Under the pieces are notes generated by a model. That model searched no databases. It had not been told where the DNA came from and saw only the letters and a list, made by a program, of their open reading frames with translations. A stretch of DNA of 59,437 nucleotides, filler included, from Sphacelaria rigidula (Eukaryota), in assembly GCA_964200075.2 (NCBI GenBank). It is 7 parts of 7 records of this genome, joined end to end, with 100 filler letters (N's around TTAATTAATTAA, not from the genome) between each part and the next. Parts side by side here need not be neighbours in the genome. Positions count along the whole stretch, not along the records: positions 1 to 8,406 come from CAXNAA020011253.1; positions 8,507 to 16,912 come from CAXNAA020011254.1; 5 more parts are not named here. One strand, given 5' to 3'. The position numbers and the translations under genes are program-made. Numbering within the stretch: the first letter of the stretch is position 1; each line of letters begins with the position of its first letter. This document shows positions 1 to 12,515 of the stretch, in pieces.

Positions 1-65
1 CCACATATACCGAAAGGTGTAGACTGGTGCCCAGAATAAATGGGACGACAACACACACACAACAC
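1..65 (+). repeat. End of a high-copy dispersed repeat; also at ~42352-42427 (-) and 51035-51100 (+)
   Basis: CCACATATACCGAAAGGTGTAGACTGGTGCCCAGAAT..ATGGGACGACAACACACAC is near-identical at three contig ends. Confidence 0.85.
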
Positions 66-2341
66 TGATAGACGTGAGCACATCACCCAGCTCATCATCA
101 GCGAGCTCAGGCAGGGTCGATGTGGCGATACGGTCAGTGCACTGGCTGCAAACTTTGCCGACCCACTCCTGAGTGCGGCTGAAAAGGTGGTGCCCCGTCT
201 CACCCGAAAGCCACGTATACCGGGGTGGTCCGAGGATGCTGCCATCTGAACAGAATTCCAACGGGCTTGGAATGAGAGGGAAAGGGTGATATCGACGGTG
301 CGACTGCGACCATCGAGAGATGAATCTGCATGACGAATGTTGCGGGCAGCGCCCAAAAAGCTCCAAGACGTGATCTACACTGGAGTGGACAACACCTGGA
401 TATGTATGCTAGAGAGTTGGAGGAATACATTCGAGTTGCAGACTTGAGAGGATGATATGGACCCCTCAACGGAGGGTGGAGACTGTCGGAGCGACCAGTA
501 GAGAGCGAGCAATAAATCTGACACGAGGACGGGAACATACTGCGGGACAAAGGTTTAATCAGTGAAATATGGGGCCGGTACTTCTCCACATTACTGAACT
601 CCATGTGAGCGACCATCGACCAAGCCGTCATCGATCACATTGCGCAACGACCTGAAACGCTGTCACTTGGAGACCCGCCACGTCCGAGTGGCCTGAGGAG
701 GCTTTGAAAGCTATGTCGAGCAGCTAAGCGATGGGTTCGGATGGTCTACCTGCTGAACGTTCGAAGCCTGGGCTGAGCGCGGAGGCCTCAGAGATTTTGT
801 ACCACTTTCACAGCATCGTCGCTGCGGTCTGCACGCATGGCGCGGTGGCGTAGAAGTGGAAAGATGTCAGTATCAAAGTGCTACACAGAGGATAGCACCG
901 AGTGTGGTAACGACAGGGGCATTGCAATCGTGGCACATGCTACAACCATTCTCCCCAAGATCGTAGCCAACACGCTCGGCATTCTCTGTGAGGAAACACA
1001 TATATTTCCGCAAGAGTAGTGCGGATTTAGGCGCCAACGGTCGACCACCAGCATGATTTCCATCGCACGCTGACTACAGGAATTGGAACGGGCGGCCAAT
1101 GTCCCACCAAGCAGTGCTTTATCGACCGCAAAAAAGCCTCCGGTTTCGTAGACCGCACTCTCCCGTAGAAAGCGCTTGCCCGGTTAGGAATTCCGCCGCG
1201 AATGATCACGATCGCCGGTACGTTCCGCGATGGCATGCGGGCTCGAGTACAGCTGGATGGTGCAGAGTTATCAGCGTCGTTCCCGGATTGACGATATGGG
1301 GAAGCAAGAGAGAGTTCATGCACCTGTGGTCAGTATCCACCTACACAGAGACCGTCCTGCATGTAAACGCGGCCGGTCAACGGTATAAGCAGATGCCCAC
1401 GCTTGGTTAACTTGGTCGTGTCGTCAACGCGGATGCAAAAATGTCGATCAAAATCAACCGCCGCATCAGCGCGGCGTAAGCACATCTCCAAAAGTATAGT
1501 TCCCAACTATACGGTCGACCAACGCCCAGCTGTCCTTGGAAGTCCGGCTGCTTAAAGCGGAGGTGATGGAAGCTCGGTTGTACGAATGTGTCACGTGGAC
1601 GTTACGTTCTGGGGACTTTCATCGCTTGCGCACTGCGCATCACAAGCTTTTGTTACGAGTGACTGGATTCCGTAGGGAAAATTGCACGGGCTACAAGACT
1701 CTTTCATACAGAGCTGTGCTCAAGATGACCAACTGCGAACGTGTCGAGACGGCTATCCGCAAACGCTAACTCTGGTTCGCGGGAGTCTTCGTCCGCAGGA
1801 TGCAACACGCCTTCCCAAACGCATTATGTACGGACAGTTGCCCGCAAAAGGGCCTAAAGAGACTGCCCGCCCCTCAAACACTTGGGGGACAACCTCCAGG
1901 ATAACCTACGTGCACTAGGGGCTCTTCCACGCAAAGGAGCGCAATAGAAATGGTTTGTCTACGGTGCAAAGGTTAACGACGTACACGGTTGGGTCACTGC
2001 GTGGAAGAACATTGGCAAATGGCATCTTGGAGTCGAAAAGAGGGTGAAAGCGTCCGAGGACACGTGGCGACGCAAAGGCGAACGAGAATCGGACCGCTGC
2101 CCCATGAAAGACGCTCTGCTTCGAGAGCTGCAAATCTCGGGACTGCCCTCACTAGCACAACAACAGCAACAGCTCGAGCGGGATCCAAGATTAGTATGAA
2201 CGAAGGAATGTCCCGCTTCGTCCCTGACAAGGAATGGATGCGAGAAAAAACATATATCGCCTCAGCTTGGGATGATTCTCCTCACATAATATTTTTTTGC
2301 GACAGACACCGTTCGAGTGCGACAATCAATCAGTCAATCAC
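66..2341 (+). mobile_element. Degenerate non-LTR retrotransposon (RTE-like LINE), reverse transcriptase to 3' end
   Basis: Frameshifted RT motifs (AMGSDGLPAE; ECGNDRGIAIVAH; E*CGFRRQRST; FID...VDR) and a C-terminal segment EVRLLKAEVMEARLYECVTWT...RLPKRIMYG. Many stops. Ends near a (CAAT)n tract at ~2323-2340. Confidence 0.85.
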
Positions 2342-2422
2342 ACCCCCACGACACCCCCACCATACACGCGACCGGGTGACAGCGGAAAAGCTATATTACA
2401 GGATCTCAGCCCTCGTTTCGGT

Positions 2423-3060
2423 CACGCCAGCGAGAGTTAAGTCACCCCCCCGAGGTATCTATTTTTACTCTGCATGCCAAGAAGTTCTGCTCGAGTGTTT
2501 GATCTCTCATGCATACACCCCCCCAACTGGGATGTGGCAAGCTGCATGTAGTCTTTGTTTTGCAGACGTCGGGTGAAATCAAGGACTGCAATAACACCCC
2601 CCAGCTTCCGACTATTAGATCTTGCCGCAAGAACTCAGCCGTCCTTCCTCGCATATGTGTGTGAGGGAACAGTAGCGGTGACGAGAACATCACCATGCTT
2701 GACCCTGTATTTCGACGACGTGTTGTACTGCGCACAGAGGCCCTTCCTGTCCAAGCAGAGAGGTAGAGAAAAATCAATTTTGCACTGGTCAGCGCCACAG
2801 ACAGGAGACGACGACCGGGGCATCCCGCGATCTTGTCTCCGCGGCTGTGCTACCCGCCTGCCCACACATGATAACCTGGGTATGTGCTTGTACTATACAT
2901 GATGCCAACCTCTGCAGCAATTGGAGTCGCCGAACGAGGACACACAAAGGACACCGGCGAGGAGCTTCCTCTCCGTCGTTGCTCCTCTGGTGATAACGTC
3001 ATCGACACGCGAGTGCACAGCATTCTTTTGGCGCACCCAACCACACCGGCGTAACTGCAA
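2423..3060 (+). repeat. ~630-bp repeat, inverted partner of 6200-6825
   Basis: Shared blocks such as ACTCTGCATG.CAAGAAG...GTGTTTGATCTCTCAT and GAGGACACACAAAGGACAC.GGCGAGGAGCTTCCTCTC match the reverse complement of 6200-6825. Confidence 0.8.
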
Positions 3061-4745
3061 CGAAAACTCTGCCTGCTTTTTCCATCGTGATACTGTTTGG
3101 CGTAAACTCTCTATTTTTCGAACTCGGGTTAAACCCCATTTTAGTGCTCAACCCGAAGAATTATAATCGGCTGTTAGGGAATTTCCACTCCAAAATTCGT
3201 TGTCATCCGCTGAACGTGTCGATCGGAGCTTCATACAGATGTTAGTATAGACGCTGTATCCGTACGGCATAGGAATTACTAGACATGGGGTTTAATCAAC
3301 GAAAAAATACTGGCCCAGACTTTCGAGCAGATGGACACCCTCCCCTTGATTAGACAACTATCACGGTCCAACTCATCTCTGTCGATGAGATATCGCTTTG
3401 AGAGCTCAAACCCGTTTCTAGGCTGGCCCAGCTCTTAGTTCCTTTTCCGGTTTCTTTTTTTTTTCGTGATAAGACACGGCTTGTGTCTTAGGCCCTGTCT
3501 TAGCACACTACTTTTCGAAAAAAAAAAAGTGCAGTGGACAGCCAAATTTCGATCTGATAGGTCATGATTTCAACGCCAATGACGACCGTTGGCATGACGA
3601 CCGGTCACATCGGAATTTTCCTTTTCCACCGCATATTTTCGATCGAAAAACAATCAGGCCGTGTCTTATCAAATTATCTTCGAGGTAAAAACGTGGGGTC
3701 GAATCGAATTCGCTCGTTTCTGATTTGTCCATGCCGTTCATTTCCTTAGATGGTTGAGAACATGGATGACGTGGACGTAGCAGGTACGAGCACATTCGAT
3801 TCCACTGTACGTGTTCGAATCGACAACAATTTGAGAAGACACGGCCTTAGACCAACTTGTATGGCAGCCAATGCCGAATCTGGCGGGACCCCAACCTGTC
3901 CCAGGTCGGGGGGACTCAGATCCGCGAAACTTGGATTCGTGTGTACGCTTGTATGTGTCATGGCTTCACAGACTAGTTGAAATTGTTCTGTACAGGGAGG
4001 AACATTTTCTGGGCGGGTATGGTGTCACAATGAAGCCGAAAAACAGGCAGGCAGAGAATCATCTTTTAAGAGCAGCGTCGTAACGTGGTATTTCCCTGCA
4101 AGGGATGCAGTGCAATACACTCCACAGTCACAGTACACGACACTGCTGTGTCGTAATACATGATGGCATAGTCGGTATTGCGAGAATAGTTAGTGCACAG
4201 TGTGCGACAAGAGTTCACGAGTGCAATACCATTCATCGTCCTGCAAGTAAATCGACAGCAGAGTGTAGGATTGTACAGTACCGTTCGTTATGATTTCATA
4301 TACAGGAGCGCAGTGCAGCATAAAATATGACCATCGCAGGGGTACAGCGTCGACACTTCTTATCCGCTTGTCAAACCCCGTGCGAAGCTGCTCCAGCGGC
4401 TGGCGCTGCATGCCAGGCACGCCCTGTGCTGTCACAAGACTCTCAGGTGCTGCGGTTGCAATAATATCAAACGCCTCTTGCCCTATCATTATAAGTCAAC
4501 GTACATATGTCACCTCCGCACAGATTTGGGGGACCTCGATTTTCCACGGATCTGCGCTCAGGTACGTGGAAAACCATGCTCAAATCGTGACAAACGAATC
4601 TGAGCTTCCCCCATTTGGGCCAAATTGGGGTCCATACAACGCGTTTCCGGATCTGAGGTCCTACGATCTGCGTACAGATCCGTTTTTGTGACTGCCGTAC
4701 AATATGGTCTCAGCTCAGGCCAGGACGCGGTATAGTTCACCCCTT

Positions 4746-4997
4746 GGGACGGGTGAGCACCTCCGAGTTAATCCGACTTGATTTTAGTGTAGACAACGAA
4801 ATCCGGATCTTGATTGGGGCGGTGCTACAGGCGTGCTCCGAGCATGCGCAGGATGCGTTTTTCCGTCCAAACCGGCGCCCCTCCAGTATATTTTATCACT
4901 AGGGACGGGTGAGCAGCTCCGAGTTAGTCCGACTTGACTCGATAGTATGAACACCAAAATCTGGATCTTCAATGGGGCTGTGCTCCAAGCGTGCTCC
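4746..4997 (+). repeat. Degenerate direct repeat, two ~95-bp units about 156 bp apart
   Basis: GGGACGGGTGAGCA.CTCCGAGTTA.TCCGACTTGA...GGATCTT..GGGGC.GTGCT...GCGTGCTCC at 4746 and 4902. Confidence 0.7.
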
Positions 4998-5039
4998 TAG
5001 CGTGCCCAGAGTACGATGGTGTCTAGACCGGTGCCTTGG

Positions 5040-5158
5040 GCATCGATTTGATGTCAGGCAACGCACATTTTGCCTAGGAAACACTTTGCACCCCCGTTAC
5101 CCGAGGGTTCTCGGTATGCTTTCGTTGGGGTTAGGGTTAGGGTTAGGGTTAGGGTTAG
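5040..5158 (+). repeat. Dispersed repeat ending in interstitial (TTAGGG)4; second copy at ~59198-59315
   Basis: GGCAACGCACA.TTTGC.TAGG.AACACT.TGCACCCCC.T..CCCGAGGGTTCTCGGTATGC.TT precedes perfect TTAGGG x4 (5131-5154) here and degenerate TTAGGG/TTAGCG units in the last contig. Confidence 0.8.
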
Positions 5159-5572
5159 TGTTATTCGAATTCATAAGTTTCGGAGCTGCTCACACGTCCC
5201 AAGTGGTAAACTGACCTCCCATGATGCCCTACCTATCAAGTCGAAAACTTTGTTTCTCATGGGTCGTATCGTTAGTTCAACATAAATGACGTGAACATGA
5301 ATGACGACCTATGGAAATTTCGTACTGATAGGTCGTCAGTTCAACAAAAATGGCGTGGGCGCGAGGGCGTGCCCCAGTTTTCGAGATATAGTGTCTCTAT
5401 ATGCATAAAATATATATATATATATATATCCCCCCCGAAAGGTAACAATGGTCTGATGACTATGGCATGCATGATCATGAGTACACCCAAAAAGGTCAAG
5501 TGTCATAAAAGTATATATATTTGTAGCCAACTTCGTATACCCCACGTTTTCCCATAAAAACGAAATTTTACA

Positions 5573-6024
5573 AATTAACAGCCGATCATGGAACTTGAGG
5601 ATGGAGCTTTTCATTGAGGATGAGAACCCGGAGGATCAAAATCTTCGTATCCACATCAAGTGTTCGAGATATGGTTCAATTCCTTCACCTTTTGGTAGCT
5701 ATTGACAAGTACTACGCGCCATACAAATTTGGATTTCGACAACCGAACTGTTGGGGTCCCAGGTGGAGGAACAGTTTCGGGAAATGTCCACGATCCGATC
5801 GGATCACCTAGATTCCCCACAATTGTTTCTTCATCCAGGACCCCAACATTTCGGGTTTCGAAATCCAAATTCGGAGGGCGTGTAGCAGTTGTCAATAGCT
5901 ACTAGCAGGTTAAGGAGAGGCGCCATGTTTTGAAGATTTGGTGTGGATACGGAGATTTGAATCCTCCGGCTTCTCATCCTCAATGAGAAGCTTCATCCTA
6001 AATTTCGATAATCGGCTGTTAATT
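5573..6024. mobile_element. MITE with ~100-bp imperfect terminal inverted repeats
   Basis: AATTAACAGCCGAT...GAGGATGAGAA.CCGGAGGAT...TATCCACA (5573-5673) is the reverse complement of ~5923-6024; TTAA at both ends. Confidence 0.8.
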
Positions 6025-6199
6025 GTTCTCGGGAGCACCTATCGATAGCCAGTGACGCCAACCATCGGTTTTGATATACAACAGCGGATCCTAATTCCTG
6101 GGGTTGATCTCTAAAATAAGGTTCAAGCAGCATATCTTTCTTGCAGGGATGGCACGGAACAGTTACACGGAGCGGAAACATCGGTCCCCCCAAATGTCT

Positions 6200-6825
6200 G
6201 CAGCAGTTATGCAGCTGTGGCTAGGTGCACCGAAAGAATGCGGTGTACTCGCGTGTCGATGACGATATCATTAGAGAGAGAAGCAACGACAGAGAGGAAG
6301 CTCCTCGCCCGTGTCCTTTGTGTGTCCTCGCTCGGCAATTCCCAATCGCTCGAGAGACTGGCATCATGCATGTTACCAGCATGTACCGAATTTCTCATGT
6401 GCCGGTATGCATGTTATATTGCTGCACAGCCCCTCGAAGAACGTCGAGGTACGGAGAGATCTGGTCTCTTCTTGTCTGTGGAGCTCACTATTGCAAAGAT
6501 CGCCCTCTTTCTGGACAGGACGCGCCTCTGTGCGCCACGGAACACGTCGTTGAAAAATAAGGCGATGTTCGCGTCACCGTTACTGTTGTCTGTCACACAC
6601 ACGCCAGCAAGGACGGTGCTGCGGCAATAAGAGATCTAATTTGAACTTGGGAGGTTGTATTTATCGTTGAAGTTACCCGACATGTGATCCTCTTGGTGCG
6701 CGACGGCAAGAGCGTGCCACACGCCAGTTGGGGGGGTGTATGAGAGATCAAACACTTGTGAAGACCTTCTTGACATGCAGAGTGAAAAAATACCCATGGT
6801 GGTGACCTAACTGTTGCTAGTGTGG
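6200..6825 (-). repeat. ~630-bp repeat, inverted partner of 2423-3060
   Basis: Reverse complement aligns colinearly with 2423-3060; visibly diverged. Confidence 0.8.
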
Positions 6826-8231
6826 CGCATAGGAGTGCGTCCATGCTGCAATCTGGAGCACACACTGGCTGTGTGAACATCTCGGTACAGTAGCTTTCCA
6901 GAATTATTACCGATGTGAGGACATCATGCGTTACAAGCTGGAACGAGATACCCACGAGTAACAAGAGTGCTCTATGATCAACCACTCGTCGCTGCATGTG
7001 ACACCCACGCCATCAACCGCCGACCGCAAAGATCTTGTGGCTTTCAAGCAACGCTGTCGGCAGTACGGCAGGCAAACCCGATCGAGCTAGCTTTCGTTGC
7101 TCTACTGTACTGCCTGTCGTCTGCACAGAAGTCACCGTAACAACATTCATGCACCAAATTTCGTAACAGCTGAAAAAAAGTAAACAGTTCAATTTTCTCA
7201 ACTACTTTCACACAATTTTAAGGACTCTCAAGACCTGAGGGAAATTGGCCCCTTTGGGTCCGGTTAAACGTGCGAAGATACCATCGAACAGCCACGCCGA
7301 ACTTTGCTGGGATTGGCATGAGGCAGTCCGTGGACAACTGAACAGAAATCGACAAGTTAACGTTGCTATTAGAAAACAATGCGCATGAAACGATTCGCAG
7401 GTGGGAAAACGCGGATTTTCATGGAGGAGTAACTCTCTGTGCCCCCGCTAGTGTTACATGCGCTTGCAAAACCTCTGTCGTCGTTCCTTAATACCTGGCG
7501 GGGGGGCTATGGCAGCGGAAATATTCTGTTACATAGTCTATTGTCCAGGGTATAAGCAAATGTCACCCACACACAAAGTACTGAGAGCGATCATGTCCAT
7601 CAGAGGGACAACTATAAGTACCAACACCACACCAACAACAAAACTTGTAAACTTTTGCACGGTTGGGACCAAAAACAAAAATCGTGATTCAACTCATATT
7701 CATCATTCCAACGAATAAATCATCCTATTCGTACATCATTTGTAATGTATACAGCTTGCCAGCTCGTGAGTCGTGCAGTGCATGTCAAAGGTACGTGTTT
7801 CCTACCGTCCGTGAATACCGGGGTAAAAGTTGGGCACATATGCATGCTCTGCCCTGCAATTTGAATGAATCAATTGTACATGCCACGCACTTCTCACCAT
7901 CATGAGGCGGGAACGTCATGTACAACTTGCTCGACCGAGTCGTGCAAGGTGAGCCCCCGTGTATTTTTCCCACCTTCGGGTTGGTATGGGACCAACAATT
8001 TTTGCAGGTTGAATCTTGTCATTTCATGGGCCTTGAGTCACGCGTACTCTTCTCCCATCTGTAATGCGCGCAAGATGCCTGCGCTGCAAATGTGTTATCC
8101 ACCCTCGACACAGCGGGACCAACAATTGATGCAGATTCAATCTTGTCATTTCATGAGGAGTCAACTCGTATGAACTCTGATTCGTCCTTACCGTGAACGT
8201 TTGTCCACGGATATTACAGATTCCTACACAA

Positions 8232-8406
8232 TACGAGCTGGGCCAGCCTAGAGGCGGATTTGAAGTTTGCAGGCCCATGCTCTTTTATGCATTTAGAGTT
8301 GGGCCCTGAAATTTGGTATGGACAGTGCATAGGGCATAAGAAAAAAAATACTGAACTACCAAAAGGTTTTTTTTTTCATGAGTTTAGGGCATTTTGGTGA
8401 TACCTG
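8232..8406 (+). mobile_element. Left end of a Tc1/mariner-type TIR element (TACGAGCTGGGCCAGCCTAGA...), cut by the contig end
   Basis: 8232-8273 is identical to 59396-59437. A reverse-complement terminus lies at ~3416-3437. The TACGAGCTGG start is shared with the TIR element at 38376-40026. Confidence 0.6.
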
Positions 8407-8506
8407 NNNNNNNNNNNNNNNNNNNNNNNNNNNNNNNNNNNNNNNNNNNNTTAATTAATTAANNNNNNNNNNNNNNNNNNNNNNNNNNNNNNNNNNNNNN
8501 NNNNNN
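8407..8506. other. Artificial contig spacer (44 N + TTAATTAATTAA + 44 N); identical spacers at 16913-17012, 25418-25517, 33923-34022, 42428-42527, 50933-51032
   Basis: Six identical 100-bp spacers carrying stop codons in all six frames. The contigs between them are 8406, 8406, 8405, 8405, 8405, 8405 and 8405 bp. Confidence 0.97.
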
Positions 8507-9413
8507 CCCCCCCCCGGAAACCAGCCCGAAACTGCCACCAAGAAAATGGCCATACAGCGCGTGATGTTTGGTTTTAGGCTTCATGAAGTGCCTCATCAGC
8601 GCGTGATGTTCGGTTTACATGTAGATTTCACCTCCCCAAAACAGTCACTTTGGGGGAGAGGGGGCTATCATCAAAATACTCACCTAACCGATCATTTCGC
8701 TATGTAGTCTTGCTACCGGTTTGACAAATGCATAGAATGGCATAACTCCCAATAATACCGATGGCACTCAATCGACGGCATGATCCCGTGTGCCCTTCAC
8801 ATGGTATTTTTTATTTCAACAAGGAGCGAGGAGGAAAATTGTACTACTGTACGACTCATACTCTGCGTGCACCCCAAATACACAGGAATCCACCCCGCGA
8901 CCCACCGAGGCCAGAAAAAAACGAGGAGAGAAGCAGCACGCATTTTGCGATTGATCCGAGATTAAAATACACACGCGATTGTTCCCGTGTGTTCTCCAGC
9001 ATGACCCATCAACAGCAACGAGAGTACAGTGTACGCTCTTGCCTCCTGCCACCTGTCCGTCTCTCTTCCTATTTTCATCCCCCGTCACGGCGCGTCAATC
9101 AGCACATCTTCACCATTCAACACGAGGGTACTCTGTAAATTCCAGGAAAAGAACAACTGGGAGAGAAATTATCATCGATACTGTCGAGATTTTGAAGCGA
9201 AAAACATTCGCGAACTATGTCCCCCCTCTCCCCGCCCCATATATAATGGGAGTAGAGAGTAATAGGAGTAGTACAGCAAATCTGCCTCCAGAGAGCTCCC
9301 CCCCCACACTTCCCATATCTTTCCTCCGGCCTACCAAGTCGCTTGTCGATGAAGATTTCTTCATCCCTTTGCCGCCCCCCTCCCCAAAACAAGTCGTCGC
9401 CGGTAGTGGCTGG

Positions 9414-12400
9414 TCAGTCTCCGCCCATGGTAGACTCGATGAAGTGCAGCAGTTCTTGTGCAGCACTGCTCTCATCCCCGACGGGGCGGCGGGGCGTCAA
9501 AAAGCACAGAACCGTCAAGGATGAAATTGAAGGGCAGGGGTATTTACACTGGGTGGAGGGACGGAGCGAACGTGGAGCATAGAGAGTCTTGATACGCTAT
9601 TGAACCGCACTTTGGAACATTCCCCATTGACGGTCATCTTCCCTCATGTCAGGATACCCGCTCGAAACGAAATATCTTACCTTCAAGGATGGCGTACTTT
9701 CAAGTCCGAATTTCGTACTCGTGCAGCTCAGAAGCTAAAAAATGTGCGTTCCTGGTTGAACGAGTTCGACTACCGAAGGGTCACCACGTAGGTGGAGACA
9801 AAATTTGCTTGGGAAATGAACGAGAAGCTGTTATGATCCCCTAAAATAGGAAGGAGGAGAGGGGGGAAGGGGGCAGCGAAGTAGCTATGGAAGCACGGCC
9901 GTCACAAGCTCGTAGTACACAACAATCCTCTTGAGAAAAAATCATACACGAATGAAGCGAGGGGGGGGGGGCGGGGGGCGACCGTATTATTGTCGCCTTG
10001 TCTGGAGCTGAGCAATTCGTATGTACGGCCGACATTCATACATTCATTTCCACAGGAGAGATATGGCGGATGTGGGATGCCCCGCGGAACTCTTTCTGGT
10101 CGCCGACAGTCGCATCTTGTACAATCACGCACGCTAACTAGGTTTGCGACCAAGCCAGTGCAACAACAACGCAGCTCCAGGCTATCGCGACGTGTTTGTG
10201 CACAAAGGGCGAAGCGAGCTACTTACCTGTAGTAAGCCGTGTCCGGTCTGTTGTAGAGCATAGCGTTTTTGCACATGAGCACCAGGTCGTCGTAGAGCAT
10301 ACTCTTGGAATTATAGTGGGTGTCGTAGTCCAGACGGTCCCGTATAGTGGTCAAGTCTGCCAAACCACAATGGTAAAAGGAGAAGAACCATGGGCGTCAT
10401 AGAGATCGATGGCGCTAAATACGTGCAGCAGGGCGCACGGATACTCGCCACCTCAAAGTCAAGGGTTGCGTTCCTACTATAGTAGTGTCTAAACGACCGA
10501 TCATCCCAGGCCGACCGTCAGTGGCAGTCATGCGCTGTACGCGGGTGAAGCCTACCTGATCTCCAATGATATACTGCTGATGTACGCATATGCCGAGATA
10601 AATATCTATTTCCTGTCACATTAGCTAAAAAAAAACTAATGCGCAAGTGACGTGGTAAACATTATAGTGAAGACTGAGGCCGAAGAGTACTGCGCAATAA
10701 ATGTACACACGTAGTTACCAATAAAACATACCCCACAAGACGGACTCCAAGATACTGCTCACAATGTAAGATAAAACGGTTGCATGAATACACGCAAAAT
10801 TCGAGTTCACAGTCGACGAGGGAAAGAATCGCCGAACGCTCCTCGCGATAAAAAGTGAGGCAAGCACCGCAGAAGGAATAACCCGTGCGAATTCGCGCAC
10901 CTATCGGGTGCTTCACCACGTCCAAGTAACCTGGCGCGAAATCCGGATTCACTCCCACGCTGCCACGGCCGATGCGATGCATCGGCAACGACAAACACAA
11001 GGGACGTGACGCAAACGCCAGCGCCAAGACGAGGTGAGACAAGTAGTGCCAGCGATAAAACAGCAGCTGCCCCGCGTGTCGTTATCCTCCGTAACACTGC
11101 ACCAACACGCAAGACTTGCCCTTCGATGGTGTTGTATGCGTTCCGACTTCGACAAGACCCTGTTCTTCATTGCACTAGTTTTTTAAACCACGCTTTGCTC
11201 TAGCAATACACATTGGTACACACACAAACACACACACACATACACACCTGAAAATGGCGGAAGCCCTGTGCATGTAGACACTTGACCACATCTTCTTCAG
11301 AACACGAGAAATCCCCGCAGCCCGTCCGCTCGTCGTTGTTGAGACCGCCCACCCACTCGCCCCTGCTCCCGCCACCGTCTGCGAGACCGTTACGGGTGTT
11401 CCTGAATTGTTATCCGCTATACACTTGTCGGCGTCACCCCGACTTGCCGCTGCCGGCCGCCCAAACGACGGCATCAATGATGTCACCATGCGGTCAGGAC
11501 CATCAGGGGCCAGGGGGGAAGAGGCGGAGACGGTAGCAGCGGAGGAGGAGGGGTGCAAAGAGGCATTTCGGCTCTTGTTGCACACCGCTGACATGTCGAC
11601 AGCGTCGTCTCCCTCTCGACCGGCACTCCTCTCGTTTTTCTTGGGCGCCGTGAAGGTCGTTGCTAAAGAACGCGGACCAATCAGGTCGCGCGTGCCGTGT
11701 CTTTGCCCTCGACCCCTACCACCCTTCCTACCTCCACGCGCTACGGCGCCCCCTCTGCCCCTACACGATGCCTGCTGCGATTTTCTTCTCGTCTCAGTCC
11801 CGGCGCCCCCCCTCTTTGCCCCGGTTCCCCCTCTCTGCCCTCTGCCGCCCCTATTCCCCCGTCCTCGCAACGCCCCCTTTCCTCTCCCCCCTCGACCTCC
11901 CTGTGAGTTTTTTCTCCCGACAGCAACGGCAAGGCCCCGGGAGGTACCGGTACTACGATTGCGACCGCCGCAACTCACATCGTTCGTGCTGGGCACAATA
12001 TTATCATTGTCGTCTCCACCACGATCATCTATGGGCCATCGATGACGAGGCGGTGTCCAAAAATAGTCTGCTCCGAGTTCGTGGTCCCCGTCGCTTTCTT
12101 GCTGCAGAGGGGGACGATCCTGTCGGGGTTTCTTCTTGGTGGATGTTCGATTCTTGTGACCTGCGACCGGAAAACCATCGCTGCCGCTGCCACCCTGCCC
12201 TCTGTCATTTCTGTCGTGAGGAGGACAATCGTATTTTTTCCTCTTCTTGGTGCATGGATCTTCGCTAAATCTTGTGCTCGGATCATCTCCGTTATTCCCA
12301 CCGCCACTGCCACTATGAGCATGGCCATCCCGATTAGGATGGATCGCCGTATGCAATGCCGACTCTTGTACGGGAGACGCGAGCGTGTCAATAGTAGTGC

Positions 12401-12479
12401 GAATAGTGCAAGAGGGAGATGAGGGTGGCGTCGGATTCTGCCCCGTAGGATGTAGCGTTGGCAGCCTCTTCGACGCCAA

Positions 12480-12515
<36 letters not shown>

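Noticed and set aside
5131-5158. True telomere
   Set aside because: Only four perfect units, internal to a contig and embedded in a dispersed repeat.
8451-8462. Recurrent TTAATTAATTAA palindrome as a regulatory or recombination site
   Set aside because: Always centred in an exact 100-bp N spacer; an assembly linker.
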